64,000 bases of DNA from contig DASUZL010000015.1 in the NCBI GenBank assembly GCA_036376895.1, positions 1,030-65,029 of the forward strand. Reading direction: 5' to 3'. The notes beneath the pieces were generated by a model. That model was not told the origin of the DNA. It ran no database searches and saw only the letters and a program-made list of their open reading frames with translations. This DNA is from Solirubrobacterales bacterium. GTDB lineage: Bacteria; Actinomycetota; Thermoleophilia; Solirubrobacterales; 70-9. Positions 25,981 through 36,266 of the stretch are shown in pieces (within the stretch, counting starts at the first letter, position 1; each line of letters begins with the position of its first letter). A program made the translations under genes and the position numbers.

Positions 25981-26565
25981 ATGGAGAAGCGCACCGAAAC
26001 CATTGACCAGCGTCTGGTCAGAGCGCTGGCGCACCCACTGCGAGTCCAGATCCTGGAACTCCTCACGGAGCGTGTCGCCAGCCCCAACCGGCTCTCCGAA
26101 CAGCTCGGAATCGGCCTGACCCACGTCGCGTACCACACCCGCGCGCTCGATCGCTGGGGCTGTCTGGAGCTCGTCGACACCGCCCAGCGGCGCGGCGCCA
26201 CCGAGCACTTCTACACCGCCCAGCCGGACTCGTTCGTCGGCTGCCGCAGTTGGCGCACAGTGCCCCAACCCGTGCGCGGCGGCGTCACCGGCGCCTGCCT
26301 GCAGACGTTCATGGACAAGGCAGTCGGGGCACTTCAGGCCGGCGCCATCGACGGCCGCGAGGACACCACCTTCACCTGGATGCCGGTCCGGCTCGACCAG
26401 CGCGGCTGGGACGAGATCACCGCGATCATGCAGCAGGCGCACGACCGCGCCCTCGCCGCCCAGCGCCGCAGCCGCAAGCGGTTAGCCAGCCGAGACGAGC
26501 CCGAGGCGATCTCAGCAGTCGTCGCCTTCGCCAACTTCGAGACCGGCGGCTCCTTCCGGCGTTAG
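25981..26565 (+). CDS. ArsR-family winged-helix transcriptional regulator
   Basis: 194 aa. Contains LVRALAHPLRVQILELLTERVASPNRLSEQLGIGLTHVAYHTRALDRWGCLELV. An SD (GAAGGAG) lies upstream. Confidence 0.7.
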   Translation: MEKRTETIDQRLVRALAHPLRVQILELLTERVASPNRLSEQLGIGLTHVAYHTRALDRWGCLELVDTAQRRGATEHFYTAQPDSFVGCRSWRTVPQPVRGGVTGACLQTFMDKAVGALQAGAIDGREDTTFTWMPVRLDQRGWDEITAIMQQAHDRALAAQRRSRKRLASRDEPEAISAVVAFANFETGGSFRR

Positions 26566-26569
26566 GGGG

Positions 26570-28159
26570 TTACTCCCACTCGATAGTGGCGGGCGGCTTG
26601 GAGGAGATGTCGAGGGCGACGCGGTTGACGTCGCGGATCTCGTTGATGATCCGGTTCGAGACCCGCTCCAGGAGGTCGTAGGGAAGGCGGGCCCAGTCGG
26701 CGGTCATCGCGTCGTCGGAGGTGACGGCGCGGATCACGATCGGGTAGGCGTAGGTGCGGCCGTCGCCCTGGACGCCGACCGAGCGGACGACGGGCAGGAC
26801 GCAGAAGGACTGCCAGAGCTGGCGGTAGAGCTCGGCGGCGCGGATCTCCTCCTGCAGGATCGCGTCGGCGGCGCGGAGGATGTCCAGCCGCTCTTTGTTC
26901 ACCTCGCCGCCGACGATCCGGATCCCCAGGCCGGGGCCCGGGAACGGCTGGCGCCAGACCATCCGCTCGGGCAGGCCGAGCTCGGCGCCGACGGCGCGGA
27001 CCTCGTCCTTGAACAGCATCCGCAGCGGCTCGACCAGCTCGAACTCGAGGTCGTCGGGCAGGCCGCCGACGTTGTGGTGGGACTTGATCGTCGCCGCGTG
27101 GTCGGAGCCGCCGGACTCGATCACGTCCGAGTAGAGCGTGCCCTGGACCAGGTAACTGACGTCGTCGAGCTTCTCCGCCTCCTCCTCGAAGACGCGGATG
27201 AACTCGGCGCCGATGATTTTGCGCTTCGTCTCCGGGTCCTCGACGCCGGCCAGCTTCGCCAGGAAGCGCTCTTCGGCTTCGACATGGACCAGCGGGATCC
27301 CGAACTGGCTGAAGGCCTCGACCACCTGCTCGGCCTCGTTCATCCGCATCAGGCCGTGGTCGACGAAGACGCAGGTCAGCTTCTCCCCCACCGCCTTGTG
27401 CACGAGCAGCGCCGCGACCGAGGAGTCGACGCCGCCGGAGAGGCCGCAGATCACCCGGCCGTCGCCGACCTGGCGCTGGATCCGCTCGACCTGCTCGGCG
27501 ATCACCGACTGCGGCGACCACTGCTGCTCGCAGCCGGCGACGTCGCGCAGGAAGCGGGTGAGGATCTCGGTCCCGTAAGGGGTGTGGACGACCTCCGGGT
27601 GGAACTGGATGCCGTAGAGGCCGCGGTCCGGCATCTCCAGCGCCGCCACCGGCGAGTTCGGGCTGGAAGCGAGGGCGGTGAAGCCCTCAGGCGCCTCGAA
27701 GACGGCGTCGCGGTGGCTCATCCAGCAGCTCTGCTCCTCGGGCAGGCCGCCGAGGAGGCGGCCGCCACCGTCGCGCAGGACCAGGTCGGTGCGACCGAAC
27801 TCGCCCGACTCGGCCGACTCGACCTTGCCGCCGAGCGCCAGCACCATCGCCTGCATCCCGTAACAGATGCCCAGCAGCGGAATCTCCAGATCCAGCAACT
27901 GGGTCGGGAACTCCGGCGCCCCGTCCTCATACACCGAGGCGGGCCCGCCGGAGAGAACCAAAGCCTTCGGCTTTCGCTCCTGAATCCTCTCGACCGACAC
28001 GTCCGACGGCAGCATCTCCGCGAACACACCGCATTCGCGAATCCGCCTTGCGATCAGCTGGGAGTACTGGCCCCCGAAGTCGAGGACCAGCACCTCCTCC
28101 ACAGCCGGCAGGTCGTCCCCGGCCAGATCGTCGACTTCGGCGACGACCTCCTCAGTCAT
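26570..28159 (-). CDS. guaA: GMP synthase (glutamine-hydrolysing)
   Basis: 529 aa. GATase domain ([19 protein letters not shown]...CYGMQ), ATP-PPase loop SGGVDSSV, and the ending ...KPPATIEWE. Confidence 0.95.
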   Translation of the reverse strand: MTEEVVAEVDDLAGDDLPAVEEVLVLDFGGQYSQLIARRIRECGVFAEMLPSDVSVERIQERKPKALVLSGGPASVYEDGAPEFPTQLLDLEIPLLGICYGMQAMVLALGGKVESAESGEFGRTDLVLRDGGGRLLGGLPEEQSCWMSHRDAVFEAPEGFTALASSPNSPVAALEMPDRGLYGIQFHPEVVHTPYGTEILTRFLRDVAGCEQQWSPQSVIAEQVERIQRQVGDGRVICGLSGGVDSSVAALLVHKAVGEKLTCVFVDHGLMRMNEAEQVVEAFSQFGIPLVHVEAEERFLAKLAGVEDPETKRKIIGAEFIRVFEEEAEKLDDVSYLVQGTLYSDVIESGGSDHAATIKSHHNVGGLPDDLEFELVEPLRMLFKDEVRAVGAELGLPERMVWRQPFPGPGLGIRIVGGEVNKERLDILRAADAILQEEIRAAELYRQLWQSFCVLPVVRSVGVQGDGRTYAYPIVIRAVTSDDAMTADWARLPYDLLERVSNRIINEIRDVNRVALDISSKPPATIEWE

Positions 28160-29357
28160 CGCTTACGGCAACCCCCGCGGAGACCGCGGCCCGTCCGTTC
28201 GAGCCCATGCCGACGGCCTGCTCGTTCTGGAGCTTCTTGCCCTCGCTCATCAGCGCCGGCGCGACCATCACCTCAGCCCGCTGGAAGGAGCGGATGTCCT
28301 CGTAGCCACAGGTGGCCATCGAGGTTTTCAGCGCCCCCATCAGGTTGAAGGTGCCGTCGTTCTCCTGCGCCGGCCCGAGCAGGATCTCCTCCATCGTCCC
28401 GTCCTGCTTGGTCGAGACGCGGGTGCCGCGCGGCAGCGAGGGATGGAAGGTCGCCATCCCCCAGTGGAAGCCGCGTCCGGGAGCCTCTTTGGAGCGGGCC
28501 AGCGGCGAGCCGACCATCACCGAGTCCGCCCCGCAGGCGATCGCCTTGGAGACGTCGCCGCCGGTGCGCATGCCGCCGTCGGCGATCACGTTCACGTACT
28601 CGCCGGTCTCCAGCATGTGCTGGGCGCGGGCAGCGGCCACGTCGGCGATCGCGGTCGCCTGGGGCACGCCGATCCCGAGCACGCCGCGGGTCGTGCAGGC
28701 GGCGCCGGGGCCGACCCCGACGAGCACGCCCACTGCGCCGGTCCGCATCAAGTGCAGGCCGGTCGAGTAGGAGGCGCAGCCGCCGACCACGGTCGGCACC
28801 GGCACCTCGGCGATGAACTCCTTCAGGTTCAGCGGCTCGACCGTGGTCGAGACGTGTTCGGCGGAAATCACGGTGCCCTGGATGACGAGGATGTCGAGAC
28901 CCGCCTCGACCGCGACCTCGTAGTGCTCGCGCACCTTCTGAGGGGTCAGCGAGCCGCAGACGACGGCGCCGCTCTCCTTGATTTCGGCCACTCGCTTGCC
29001 GATCAGCTCACCTCTGACCGGCGCGGTGTAGATCTCCTGCATCAGCCGCGTCGCCTCGTGCTTGGGGGCCGCGGCGATCGCCTCCAGCCGCTCCTCAGCG
29101 TCCTCGAAGCGGGTCCAGACCCCCTCCAGGTTGAGCACTCCAAGGCCGCCGAGCTGGTTGACCAGCACCGCGGTCTCGGGGCTGACGACCCCGTCCATCG
29201 CCGAGGCGACCAGCGGCAGCTCGAAGCGATAGGGGCCGAGGGTCCAGCTAATGTCGATGTCGTCGGGATCGCGGGTGCGACGCGACGGGACGATTGCGAT
29301 GTCGTCGAATCCGTATGCGCGCCGCCCCTTCTTGCCGCGACCAATTTCAATTTCCAA
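28152..29357 (-). CDS. IMP dehydrogenase-related protein without CBS pair (GuaB3 type)
   Basis: ORF 28152..29528 trimmed to the TTG at 29357, with GGAGG 6 nt upstream. Sequence: [29 protein letters not shown]...[29 protein letters not shown]. It overlaps the guaA start by 8 nt. Confidence 0.8.
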   Translation of the reverse strand: MEIEIGRGKKGRRAYGFDDIAIVPSRRTRDPDDIDISWTLGPYRFELPLVASAMDGVVSPETAVLVNQLGGLGVLNLEGVWTRFEDAEERLEAIAAAPKHEATRLMQEIYTAPVRGELIGKRVAEIKESGAVVCGSLTPQKVREHYEVAVEAGLDILVIQGTVISAEHVSTTVEPLNLKEFIAEVPVPTVVGGCASYSTGLHLMRTGAVGVLVGVGPGAACTTRGVLGIGVPQATAIADVAAARAQHMLETGEYVNVIADGGMRTGGDVSKAIACGADSVMVGSPLARSKEAPGRGFHWGMATFHPSLPRGTRVSTKQDGTMEEILLGPAQENDGTFNLMGALKTSMATCGYEDIRSFQRAEVMVAPALMSEGKKLQNEQAVGMGSNGRAAVSAGVAVSDD

Positions 29358-29392
29358 GTGATTCCTCCAGGGGCTGGCGTTGAAAGCCCAGA

Positions 29393-30349
29393 CTACACTT
29401 CCGCGGGGACCTCCAGATCGTGCACGGCGACCTCGCCGAGCAGCCGCTCGACCTGGTTGCGATCGACCGTGCCGGCGCCGAAGTGCTGGGTCGACTCGGC
29501 CCCGCAGGCGACCCCGTACGCGAGGCACTCCTCGGGGCTGTGTTCGTCGTAACGGGCGGCCACGTAGCCGGCCAGGAAGGCGTCGCCGGAGCCGACCGTG
29601 GAGACCGGCTCCAGCGGCTCGGTGTGGACTTCGAGCAGGCGCCGCTCCGACCCCTCGCCGACCGCGGCGACGCAGCCTTCGGGGCGGGTGATCGCGGCCT
29701 CGGCCGCTCCCAGCCGGACCAGCTCGTTGAGGCCGACGGCGAGGTCGGAGCTGTCGGCGAACTCCTGCCCGACCAGCTCCTCGGCCTCGCGCTCGTTCGG
29801 GGTCACCATCGAGGCGCCGGCGCGGATCCCGGCCAGCATCGCCTCGCCCTCGGCGTCGAGCACGACCGGGACGCCGCGACGGCCGAGGTCGGCGACCAGG
29901 CGCGCGTAGAGATCGCTGCCGGAGCCCGGCGGCAGCGAGCCGGCGAGGACGCAGACCTTGGCCCCGCTCGCCAGGTACCCGATGCGCTCGAACAGCTTCT
30001 TCACCTCGACCGGGCTGACCGCCGGACCGCGCTCGTTGATCTCGGTCTGGTCGCCCGAGGTGGGGTCGATCACGGCCAGGTTGATCCGGGTCTCGGCGGC
30101 GATCCGGGTGAAGTCGGTGAGGACCGATTCCTCGCGCAGCTGTTCCAGGACCCTGCTCCCGGTCGGGCCACCGACGAAGCCGCTGGCGATCACCGGCCGC
30201 CCCAGCAGGGTCAGGGCGCGGGCGACGTTGATGCCCTTGCCGCCGGCCACGGTGCGGCTCTCGACGGCGCGATGGCGGCGGGCAAGGCGGAAGTTGGGAA
30301 CGGCAACGGTGCGGTCGATGGCCGCATTGAGCGTCACGGTGAGGATCAC
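29393..30349 (-). CDS. PfkB-family sugar-phosphate kinase (1-phosphofructokinase / tagatose-6-P kinase type)
   Basis: 318 aa. Contains MILTVTLNAAIDRT...AGGKGINVARAL...STVGSGDAFLAGY. Confidence 0.85.
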   Translation of the reverse strand: MILTVTLNAAIDRTVAVPNFRLARRHRAVESRTVAGGKGINVARALTLLGRPVIASGFVGGPTGSRVLEQLREESVLTDFTRIAAETRINLAVIDPTSGDQTEINERGPAVSPVEVKKLFERIGYLASGAKVCVLAGSLPPGSGSDLYARLVADLGRRGVPVVLDAEGEAMLAGIRAGASMVTPNEREAEELVGQEFADSSDLAVGLNELVRLGAAEAAITRPEGCVAAVGEGSERRLLEVHTEPLEPVSTVGSGDAFLAGYVAARYDEHSPEECLAYGVACGAESTQHFGAGTVDRNQVERLLGEVAVHDLEVPAEV

Positions 30350-30374
30350 TTTGGCTTCACCCGGGTCCGTCCCC

Positions 30375-31676
30375 TCAGTCGTGTCTGCGGGCCCGCCGGA
30401 GGGCCAGCAGGACCACGCCCATGAGTATCACGAACGCTGCAATCAAGATAATGGTCAAATTGTCCGCTACCAAAGAGCGGGCGCGGTCGAAGGCACTGGC
30501 CTCGGGGATCGAACGGCCGGCGCGCAGCTTCACCGTCCCGGCCCGCAGGCCGTCGACGTAGACGGTCGCGCGGCCGAGCGCAGCGCCGCGCTTTATCGGC
30601 CCCTCGACCTCCTGCGGCGCCCGTACTTTCACGCTCAGTTCCTGGCCGCGCCGGGCGCCGACCGCGAGGCCGTTGGCGGCGCGCAGCGGCAGCTCGCCGC
30701 CGGAGTACCGGATCGCGGGGTCGGCCAGGTCCTCCCCATCCCGGATCGGGTGGCGCTTGCGGTACTGCGAGAAGCCGTATTCGAGCAGCGCCAGGTTGTC
30801 CGAGTAGCGCGTTTCGTCGGTCGGGGCGGCGATCGCGACCGAGATCAGGTCCACCCCCTTGCGCCGGCCGGCACCGACGAGGACGTAGCCGGCACCCCAG
30901 GTGTGGCCGGTCTTGACCCCGGTCACCCAGGGCTCCATCAGCAGCAGTTCGTTGATCGTGTTGATCCGGCGCGGCGGCTCGACGCTGCGCAGGACGACGC
31001 TGCGGGTGTCCGAGATCTGGGCGAAGGCGGGCATCCGCAGCAGCCGCTGGGTCAGGGTCAGGAGGTCGCGGGCGCTCGAGTAGCTGCCCTTCTGGTCGAG
31101 CCCGATCGGGTTCGCGTAGTGGGTGTCGGAGAGGCCGAGCGCGGCGGCGTAGCGGTTCATCTCGCCGACGAAGCGCTCGGTGCTGCCCGAGGTGCGGATC
31201 GCCAGCGTGTGGGCGGCGTCGTTGCCGCTGCGCAGGATCAGGCCGTAGATCAGGTCGCGGACGCTGATCTCCTGGCCGGTCCGCATCCCCAGCAGCGACT
31301 CGCCGTATTCGGCGTCGTAGGGGGCGGCCCTGACGACCTTGTCGAGCGGCATCTCCTTCAGCGCCACGTAGGCGGTCATCAGCTTCGTCGTGCTGGCGAT
31401 CGGCAGCCGCTCGTTGCCCGCCTGGGAGATCAGGACTTCGCCGGTACGGGCGTCGATCAGGCCCCAGGCTTTGGCCTCGATCCCGAGTTTTTCGGCCGGC
31501 GTTTCGGGCTTCGGCTCCGGCTTTGGCTTCGCCTGGTCCTTGGGTTTGGGCTTGGAGTCGGCCTTCGACTTCGTCCCACCCTCTTGCTGCTTCTGCGCGG
31601 CCAGCGCCGGGGAAACCCAGGCGAAGCACGCCAGCGCCGCCGCCAGCAGGGCGACGGCGCGAAGCCACCGCCTCAT
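30375..31676 (-). CDS. D-alanyl-D-alanine carboxypeptidase (S11 penicillin-binding protein)
   Basis: The internal ATG at 31676 gives a signal peptide (MRRWLRAVALLAAALACFAWVSPALA) and a Lys/Pro-rich linker. Motifs ASTTK (SxxK), RSGNDA (SxN) and VKTGHT (KTG) are present, plus a C-terminal TM anchor. Confidence 0.88.
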   Translation of the reverse strand: MRRWLRAVALLAAALACFAWVSPALAAQKQQEGGTKSKADSKPKPKDQAKPKPEPKPETPAEKLGIEAKAWGLIDARTGEVLISQAGNERLPIASTTKLMTAYVALKEMPLDKVVRAAPYDAEYGESLLGMRTGQEISVRDLIYGLILRSGNDAAHTLAIRTSGSTERFVGEMNRYAAALGLSDTHYANPIGLDQKGSYSSARDLLTLTQRLLRMPAFAQISDTRSVVLRSVEPPRRINTINELLLMEPWVTGVKTGHTWGAGYVLVGAGRRKGVDLISVAIAAPTDETRYSDNLALLEYGFSQYRKRHPIRDGEDLADPAIRYSGGELPLRAANGLAVGARRGQELSVKVRAPQEVEGPIKRGAALGRATVYVDGLRAGTVKLRAGRSIPEASAFDRARSLVADNLTIILIAAFVILMGVVLLALRRARRHD

Positions 31677-31999
31677 CGCAGTTTCAGCGTTTCGCCCGCG
31701 ATCAGGATCTGCGGGTCCACTTCGGGGTTGAGCGCCAGGATCTCCTGCACCGGCACCCCGGTGCGGTGGGCGATCGCGGTCAGGGTGTCCCCGGACTTGA
31801 CCACGTACGTCTTCGCTTTGGTCTGCGGCCGGTCCTGTTCCTGTTGCTGCTGCTTGGCGGTCTGGCTCGAGCTGCGCTCGCCACCGCCCCCGTTGTCGTC
31901 GCTGCCCGCGGAGGAAAGGACCACGATCACGATCAGGACCGCGCCGATCAGGGCGAGGACGGCGAAGATCCGGGCGGGAGCGCTGGTTCGTTTTTCCAT
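31673..31999 (-). CDS. membrane-anchored LysM domain protein
   Basis: 108 aa with an N-terminal TM helix and the LysM domain YVVKSGDTLTAIAHRTGVPVQEILALNPEVDPQILIAGETLKL. The stop overlaps the carboxypeptidase ATG (ATGA). Confidence 0.8.
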   Translation of the reverse strand: MEKRTSAPARIFAVLALIGAVLIVIVVLSSAGSDDNGGGGERSSSQTAKQQQQEQDRPQTKAKTYVVKSGDTLTAIAHRTGVPVQEILALNPEVDPQILIAGETLKLR

Positions 32000-32055
32000 G
32001 GGACTGAGCGTGAAAACGGGTCAGGAGCGGGTGATCGTAGTCACGAAGGCCGTCG

Positions 32056-32907
32056 TCAGGCGACAGAAACGTCCCAGGTGGCGGTGCGCAGGCGCTCGGC
32101 CGCGGCGGCCGGGTCGGGGTCGGCGGCGATCCCGCGCGAGGCGGCGACCAGGGCCGAGGCGGGGCCGGCCGCGAAGGCGGCGCCGAGCAGCTCCGGCCGC
32201 CCACCCTGGGCGCCGACGCCGGGAATGAGGAAGATCGAGCGCGGCATCAGCTCCCGCAGGCGGCCGATGTGGGCGGGCTCGGTTGCACCGACCACGGCCC
32301 CCATGCCGCTCAGCCCGGAGCTCCCGAGCAGGCGCTCGGAGAGGCCGTCGACGAGTTCGGCCAGGCGCTCGTGCAGCGGGGCATCGGGCGCCGGCAGGTC
32401 CTCGACGTCGGCGGCGCCCGGATTGCTGGTGCGGACCAGGGCGAAGACGCCGGCACCGGCCTCGGCCGCGGCGGCGATCATCGGCTCCAGCGCGTCGCGC
32501 CCGAGCAGCGGGTTGGCGGTGAAGGCGTCGGCGCCGAGCCCGGGTACGGGGCCCCAAGGGGTCGGGGTCTCGCCGACCAGCGCCTGCGCGTAGGCGGCGG
32601 CGGTGACCGGGACGTCGCCGCGCTTGCCGTCGGCGATCACCAGCAGGCCGGCGTCATGGGCGGCGGCGCAAACCTCACTCAGTGCGGCCCAGCCCGGAGC
32701 GCCGAGGCGCTCGAAGCAGGCCATCTGCGGCTTCACCGCCACGCAGGCGGGTCCGGCGCGATCGATCAGGCCGCGGCAGTGGGCGACGACAGCGGCGGCC
32801 GCAAGCTCAGCGGCGGCGCCCGGATCGCCCGCCGCCGCCCCCTCCCCAGCCAGTTTGGCCGGGTCGGGGTCGAGGCCGAGGCAGATCTGGCTGCGGCGCT
32901 CGTCCAC
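32056..32907 (-). CDS. pyrF: orotidine 5'-phosphate decarboxylase, type 2
   Basis: Contains ICLGLDPDP...VAVKPQMACFE...VIADGKRGDV. The track start is the GTG at 32907. Conserved N-terminal residues (LTQFADRLAAL) continue in frame upstream to a CTG at 32940, so the real start is probably upstream. Confidence 0.85.
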   Translation of the reverse strand: MDERRSQICLGLDPDPAKLAGEGAAAGDPGAAAELAAAAVVAHCRGLIDRAGPACVAVKPQMACFERLGAPGWAALSEVCAAAHDAGLLVIADGKRGDVPVTAAAYAQALVGETPTPWGPVPGLGADAFTANPLLGRDALEPMIAAAAEAGAGVFALVRTSNPGAADVEDLPAPDAPLHERLAELVDGLSERLLGSSGLSGMGAVVGATEPAHIGRLRELMPRSIFLIPGVGAQGGRPELLGAAFAAGPASALVAASRGIAADPDPAAAAERLRTATWDVSVA

Positions 32908-32944
32908 GAGCGCCGCCAGCCGATCGGCGAACTGCGTCAGGAAA

Positions 32945-33226
32945 TCAGCCGCCCTTGACCTTCGTCTTCAGGGCCGAGCCGGCGGAGAACCGGGGGACTT
33001 TGCCGCCCGGAATCGTGATCCGCTCGCCGGTGCGCGGGTTGACGCCCTGGCGGGGGCCGCGCTCGGCGACATGGAATTTGCCGAAGCCGGTGAAGCTCAC
33101 CTCGTCGCCGGAACTGAGCGCGCCGGTGATGGCCTCGAGCACAGCGTCGACAGCGTCGCTGGCAGCCTTCTTGCTGCCGAGCCGGTCGTCGCCGGAAAGT
33201 TGGTCCAGAAACTCAGCCTTGGTCAC
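32945..33226 (-). CDS. hup: DNA-binding protein HU
   Basis: 93 aa. Contains ...VSFTGFGKFHVAERGPRQGVNPRTGERITIPGGKVPRFSAGSALK. Confidence 0.93.
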   Translation of the reverse strand: MTKAEFLDQLSGDDRLGSKKAASDAVDAVLEAITGALSSGDEVSFTGFGKFHVAERGPRQGVNPRTGERITIPGGKVPRFSAGSALKTKVKGG

Positions 33227-33310
33227 GTCGGAAATCCTCCTCGGGGTTTGAAGATCGGCGCAATCTAACAGCGGTCACGGCGTAACCGTGCCACGCTCAG
33301 ATGCCATCTG

Positions 33311-34663
33311 TCACGAACCGCTGATCGCCATCTCGGCGACCAGCAGCGGCGGCGTCCGCACGGAACCGCCAAACGGGACCCAGCGCGCCTCCGCGCCCGC
33401 GGCCTGAACGGCCCCCAGCATCGCCACCAGCTCGCCGGCGATCGTGAACTCCCGCACCGGCTCGGTCAGGGCGCCGTCGCGGATCTCGCGTCCCGAGGCG
33501 CCGACTGAGAAAACGCCCGTCACCGGGTTGACGCCGGAGTGCAGGCCGGCGACGTCGGTCACGTAGATGCCGTCCCCCGCCTCGGCCAGCAGTTGCTGCT
33601 CGGAGAGCTCGCCGGCGGCGACCACCAGGTTCGAAGCGGAGACCGAGGGCTGCGAGCGGTAGCCCTGGCGCGAGGCGCTGCCGGTCGAGGCGCCGCCCTC
33701 GCGGTTGGCGGTGTAGGTGTCGTAGAGGTAGGAGCGCAGGCTGCCGCCCTCGATCAGCGCCGTGCGCCGCCGCGGCACGCCCTCGGCGTCGAAGGGAGCC
33801 GAGGCTGGCCCCTCGGGGTCGAGGCCGTTGTCGTGGAGGACAAAGGCGGAGCTGGCGACCTCCTCGCCCAGCCTCCCGGCGAAGGGCGAGCGGCCGCGCT
33901 GCACGGCGCGAGCGCCGAGGGCGCCGCCGATCAGGCCGGCGAAGCTGGCGGCCACGGTCGGGTCGAGGACGACCGGACAGGAGCGCGAGGCCGGCTTGGT
34001 GGCGCCGATCATCGCCAGCGCCCGGTCCGCGCCTTCGGCGCCGATCGCCTCCGGGTCGAGCCCGTCGGGCCCGCGGGCGAGGCCGAAGCCGAGCCCGGTC
34101 TCGCGGCTGCCCTCGCCCTCGGCCAGGGCCTGCAGGTAGGCGAAGCAGGTGGAGCTCTCGTACTCGCCGGCGACGCCGGCCGAGGAGGCGATCGCGACCC
34201 GCTCGGCGACGTCGGCGTAGACCGCCTGCTCGACCGCGACCAGGCGCGGGTCGGAGGCCAGCGCGGTCCGCTCCACGGTCAGCGCCAGCTCCGCGACCTC
34301 GGCGGTCGAGCGGGCCGCCAGCGAGGGGTCGCTGAGCCCCGCCACCGACTCGATCGGCGCCGGCTCCGGCGGGGCGGCGAACTCGTCGGGGTCGGAGACC
34401 CGGGCCGCCTCCGCGGCGGCAGCGGCGATCGCCGCGACGCCGGCCTCGGAGAGGTCGGTGCCGTAGGAGTAGCCGACCCGGCCCTCGATCCAGGCGCGGA
34501 TCCCGATCCCGCTCTGGCTGGCGGCGCTGAGGCTCTCGACCTCGCCGCCGTGGACGCGGAGCTCGCGGTCGTCCTCGACCGAGGCGTAGGCCTCGGCGTC
34601 GCCGGCACCGGCGGCGAGCGCCGCCTCGACCGCGCGCCGGGCGCTGGCGGCAAGCTCGCTCAA
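33311..34663 (-). CDS. pmbA: TldD/PmbA family metalloprotease subunit (PmbA-like)
   Basis: ORF 33311..35188 trimmed to the TTG at 34663, which overlaps the tldD stop (TTGA). It is the paralogous partner of TldD. The C-terminus ...GVNPVTGVFSVGASG...GS is present. Confidence 0.8.
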   Translation of the reverse strand: MSELAASARRAVEAALAAGAGDAEAYASVEDDRELRVHGGEVESLSAASQSGIGIRAWIEGRVGYSYGTDLSEAGVAAIAAAAAEAARVSDPDEFAAPPEPAPIESVAGLSDPSLAARSTAEVAELALTVERTALASDPRLVAVEQAVYADVAERVAIASSAGVAGEYESSTCFAYLQALAEGEGSRETGLGFGLARGPDGLDPEAIGAEGADRALAMIGATKPASRSCPVVLDPTVAASFAGLIGGALGARAVQRGRSPFAGRLGEEVASSAFVLHDNGLDPEGPASAPFDAEGVPRRRTALIEGGSLRSYLYDTYTANREGGASTGSASRQGYRSQPSVSASNLVVAAGELSEQQLLAEAGDGIYVTDVAGLHSGVNPVTGVFSVGASGREIRDGALTEPVREFTIAGELVAMLGAVQAAGAEARWVPFGGSVRTPPLLVAEMAISGS

Positions 34664-36045
34664 CGCTCGGTCCCGCCGACCGTCATCGCGCCGACGCGGA
34701 CGTGGCCCTGGCCGGTGCCGACCGGGACTTTCTGACCGCCCTTGCCGCAGATCCCGGTCTTCATGAAGAAGTCGTCGCCGACCGCGTCGATCGCCGCCAG
34801 GGCGTCGAGGCAGTTGCCGATCAAGGTTGCGCCGCGGCACGGCCGCGTCACCTTGCCGCCCTCGATCAGGTAGCCCTCGGAGACGCCGAAGACGAAGTCG
34901 CCGGTCGCCGGCTCGACCTGGCCGCCGGCGAAGGAGACGGCGTAGAAGCCACGCTCGACCTCGGCGATCATCTCCTCCGGGGTGGCGTCGCCGGGGGCGA
35001 TGTAGGTGTTGGTCATGCGCGGGATCGGCAGGTGGCGGAAGCTCTCGCGGCGGCCGTTGCCGGTCGAGGCAACGCCGTCGCGCTCGGCCGTCAGGTGGTC
35101 GTAGAGGAAGGAGGTGAGGCGGCCTTCCTCGATCACCTGGGTCTTCTGCGTCGGCGCCCCCTCGTCGTCGATCGCGTCGCTGCCCCACTCGTTCGGCAGG
35201 CGGCCGTCGTCGTAGGCGTTGAGCAGCGGCTGGGCGACCTGCTGGCCGAGCTTGCCGACGTAGACGCTGGCGCCCTTCTGGATGTGGTCGGCCTCGAGCC
35301 CGTGGCCGGTCATCTCGTGGAAGAGGACGCCGCCGAAGCCGCCGCCGACCACGACCGGCATCGAGCCCGAGGGCGCCGGGCCGGCGTCGAGCAGGGTCAG
35401 CGCCTTGCGCGCCGCCTGCTCGGCGATCAGCCCCGGTTCGTCTTCGAGCAGCTCGAAGCCGCGGTGGGCGCCGAGCGTCTCCGCCCCGGTCTCGACCGTG
35501 CCGTTGCGGCGGGCAACCGCCTGGGCGCCGATCCGGGTGCGGGTGCGGTCGTCGCCGGTGAAGAGGCCGTCGGAGTTGGCGACGGTGACCTCGCGCCGGC
35601 CCTCGGCGTAGGAAGCGGTGAACTGGGCGATCTCCTCGCTCTGGCCGCGGGCGCGCTCGTCGAGCTCGCGCAACAGGGCGCCCTTGAGCTCGGCCTCGAC
35701 CTCTTCCGGGCGGCGCTCGATCGGCAGCGGCGTGTGCTCCACCGCCTGCAGCGGCCGCGCCTCGGTGCGCTTGCCGCGCAGCGCCGCAGCGGCTTCGTCG
35801 GCGGCGCGCTCGAGGTCGGCCGGGTCGAGCCCGTCGACGTGGGCGAAGTAGGTGGTGCCGCCCTCGACCACCCGCACCCCGGCGCCCTCCTCGGAGCCCG
35901 ACTGCACCGACTCGATCCGCGACTCGTCGATCGACATCGAGAGCCCGTGGCGGCGTTCGGCGAAGACCTCGGCGAAGCGCCCGCCATTGGCCAGCGCCCG
36001 CGCCAGGACGCGCTCGGCGACTGCCGGGTCGATCAGCCCGCTCAC
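34660..36045 (-). CDS. tldD: TldD metalloprotease
   Basis: 461 aa with the HExxxH-type site FHEMTGHGLEADH and the C-terminal GxC motif TGICGKGGQ. Confidence 0.9.
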   Translation of the reverse strand: MSGLIDPAVAERVLARALANGGRFAEVFAERRHGLSMSIDESRIESVQSGSEEGAGVRVVEGGTTYFAHVDGLDPADLERAADEAAAALRGKRTEARPLQAVEHTPLPIERRPEEVEAELKGALLRELDERARGQSEEIAQFTASYAEGRREVTVANSDGLFTGDDRTRTRIGAQAVARRNGTVETGAETLGAHRGFELLEDEPGLIAEQAARKALTLLDAGPAPSGSMPVVVGGGFGGVLFHEMTGHGLEADHIQKGASVYVGKLGQQVAQPLLNAYDDGRLPNEWGSDAIDDEGAPTQKTQVIEEGRLTSFLYDHLTAERDGVASTGNGRRESFRHLPIPRMTNTYIAPGDATPEEMIAEVERGFYAVSFAGGQVEPATGDFVFGVSEGYLIEGGKVTRPCRGATLIGNCLDALAAIDAVGDDFFMKTGICGKGGQKVPVGTGQGHVRVGAMTVGGTER

Positions 36046-36266
36046 GGCTTCGGCCGCTTTCCTGCGACCTCGATCAGGCGCCCGGCGGCAACGAACAGCT
36101 CCGCCCCGGCGGTCGAATCCCCGGCGTGGTCGCGGCTGCGCCCGCTCGAGTAGTAGAGGCGGGCGAAGGGACGGCGGGCGATCTTCCGCCGGCGCATGAA
36201 CGCGGCCGCCTCGTCGGCGTAGCCGGAGACGCGGTCGAGCAGGATCCGGTGCGGCTTAGGCGGCAT
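36042..36266 (-). CDS. hypothetical 74-aa protein
   Basis: High G/C third positions. The stop overlaps the tldD start (4 nt), and the start overlaps the upstream gene by 11 nt. No family recognised. Confidence 0.4.
   Translation of the reverse strand: MPPKPHRILLDRVSGYADEAAAFMRRRKIARRPFARLYYSSGRSRDHAGDSTAGAELFVAAGRLIEVAGKRPKP

Noticed and set aside
29958-32228. 756-aa plus-strand ORF, plus the 440-aa and 609-aa minus-strand extensions in the same region
   Set aside because: The region is explained by pfkB, the S11 carboxypeptidase (SxxK/SxN/KTG) and the LysM gene on the minus strand. The long ORF has no motifs and low-complexity composition. The extension upstream of the internal ATG at 31676 is Arg/Pro-rich.
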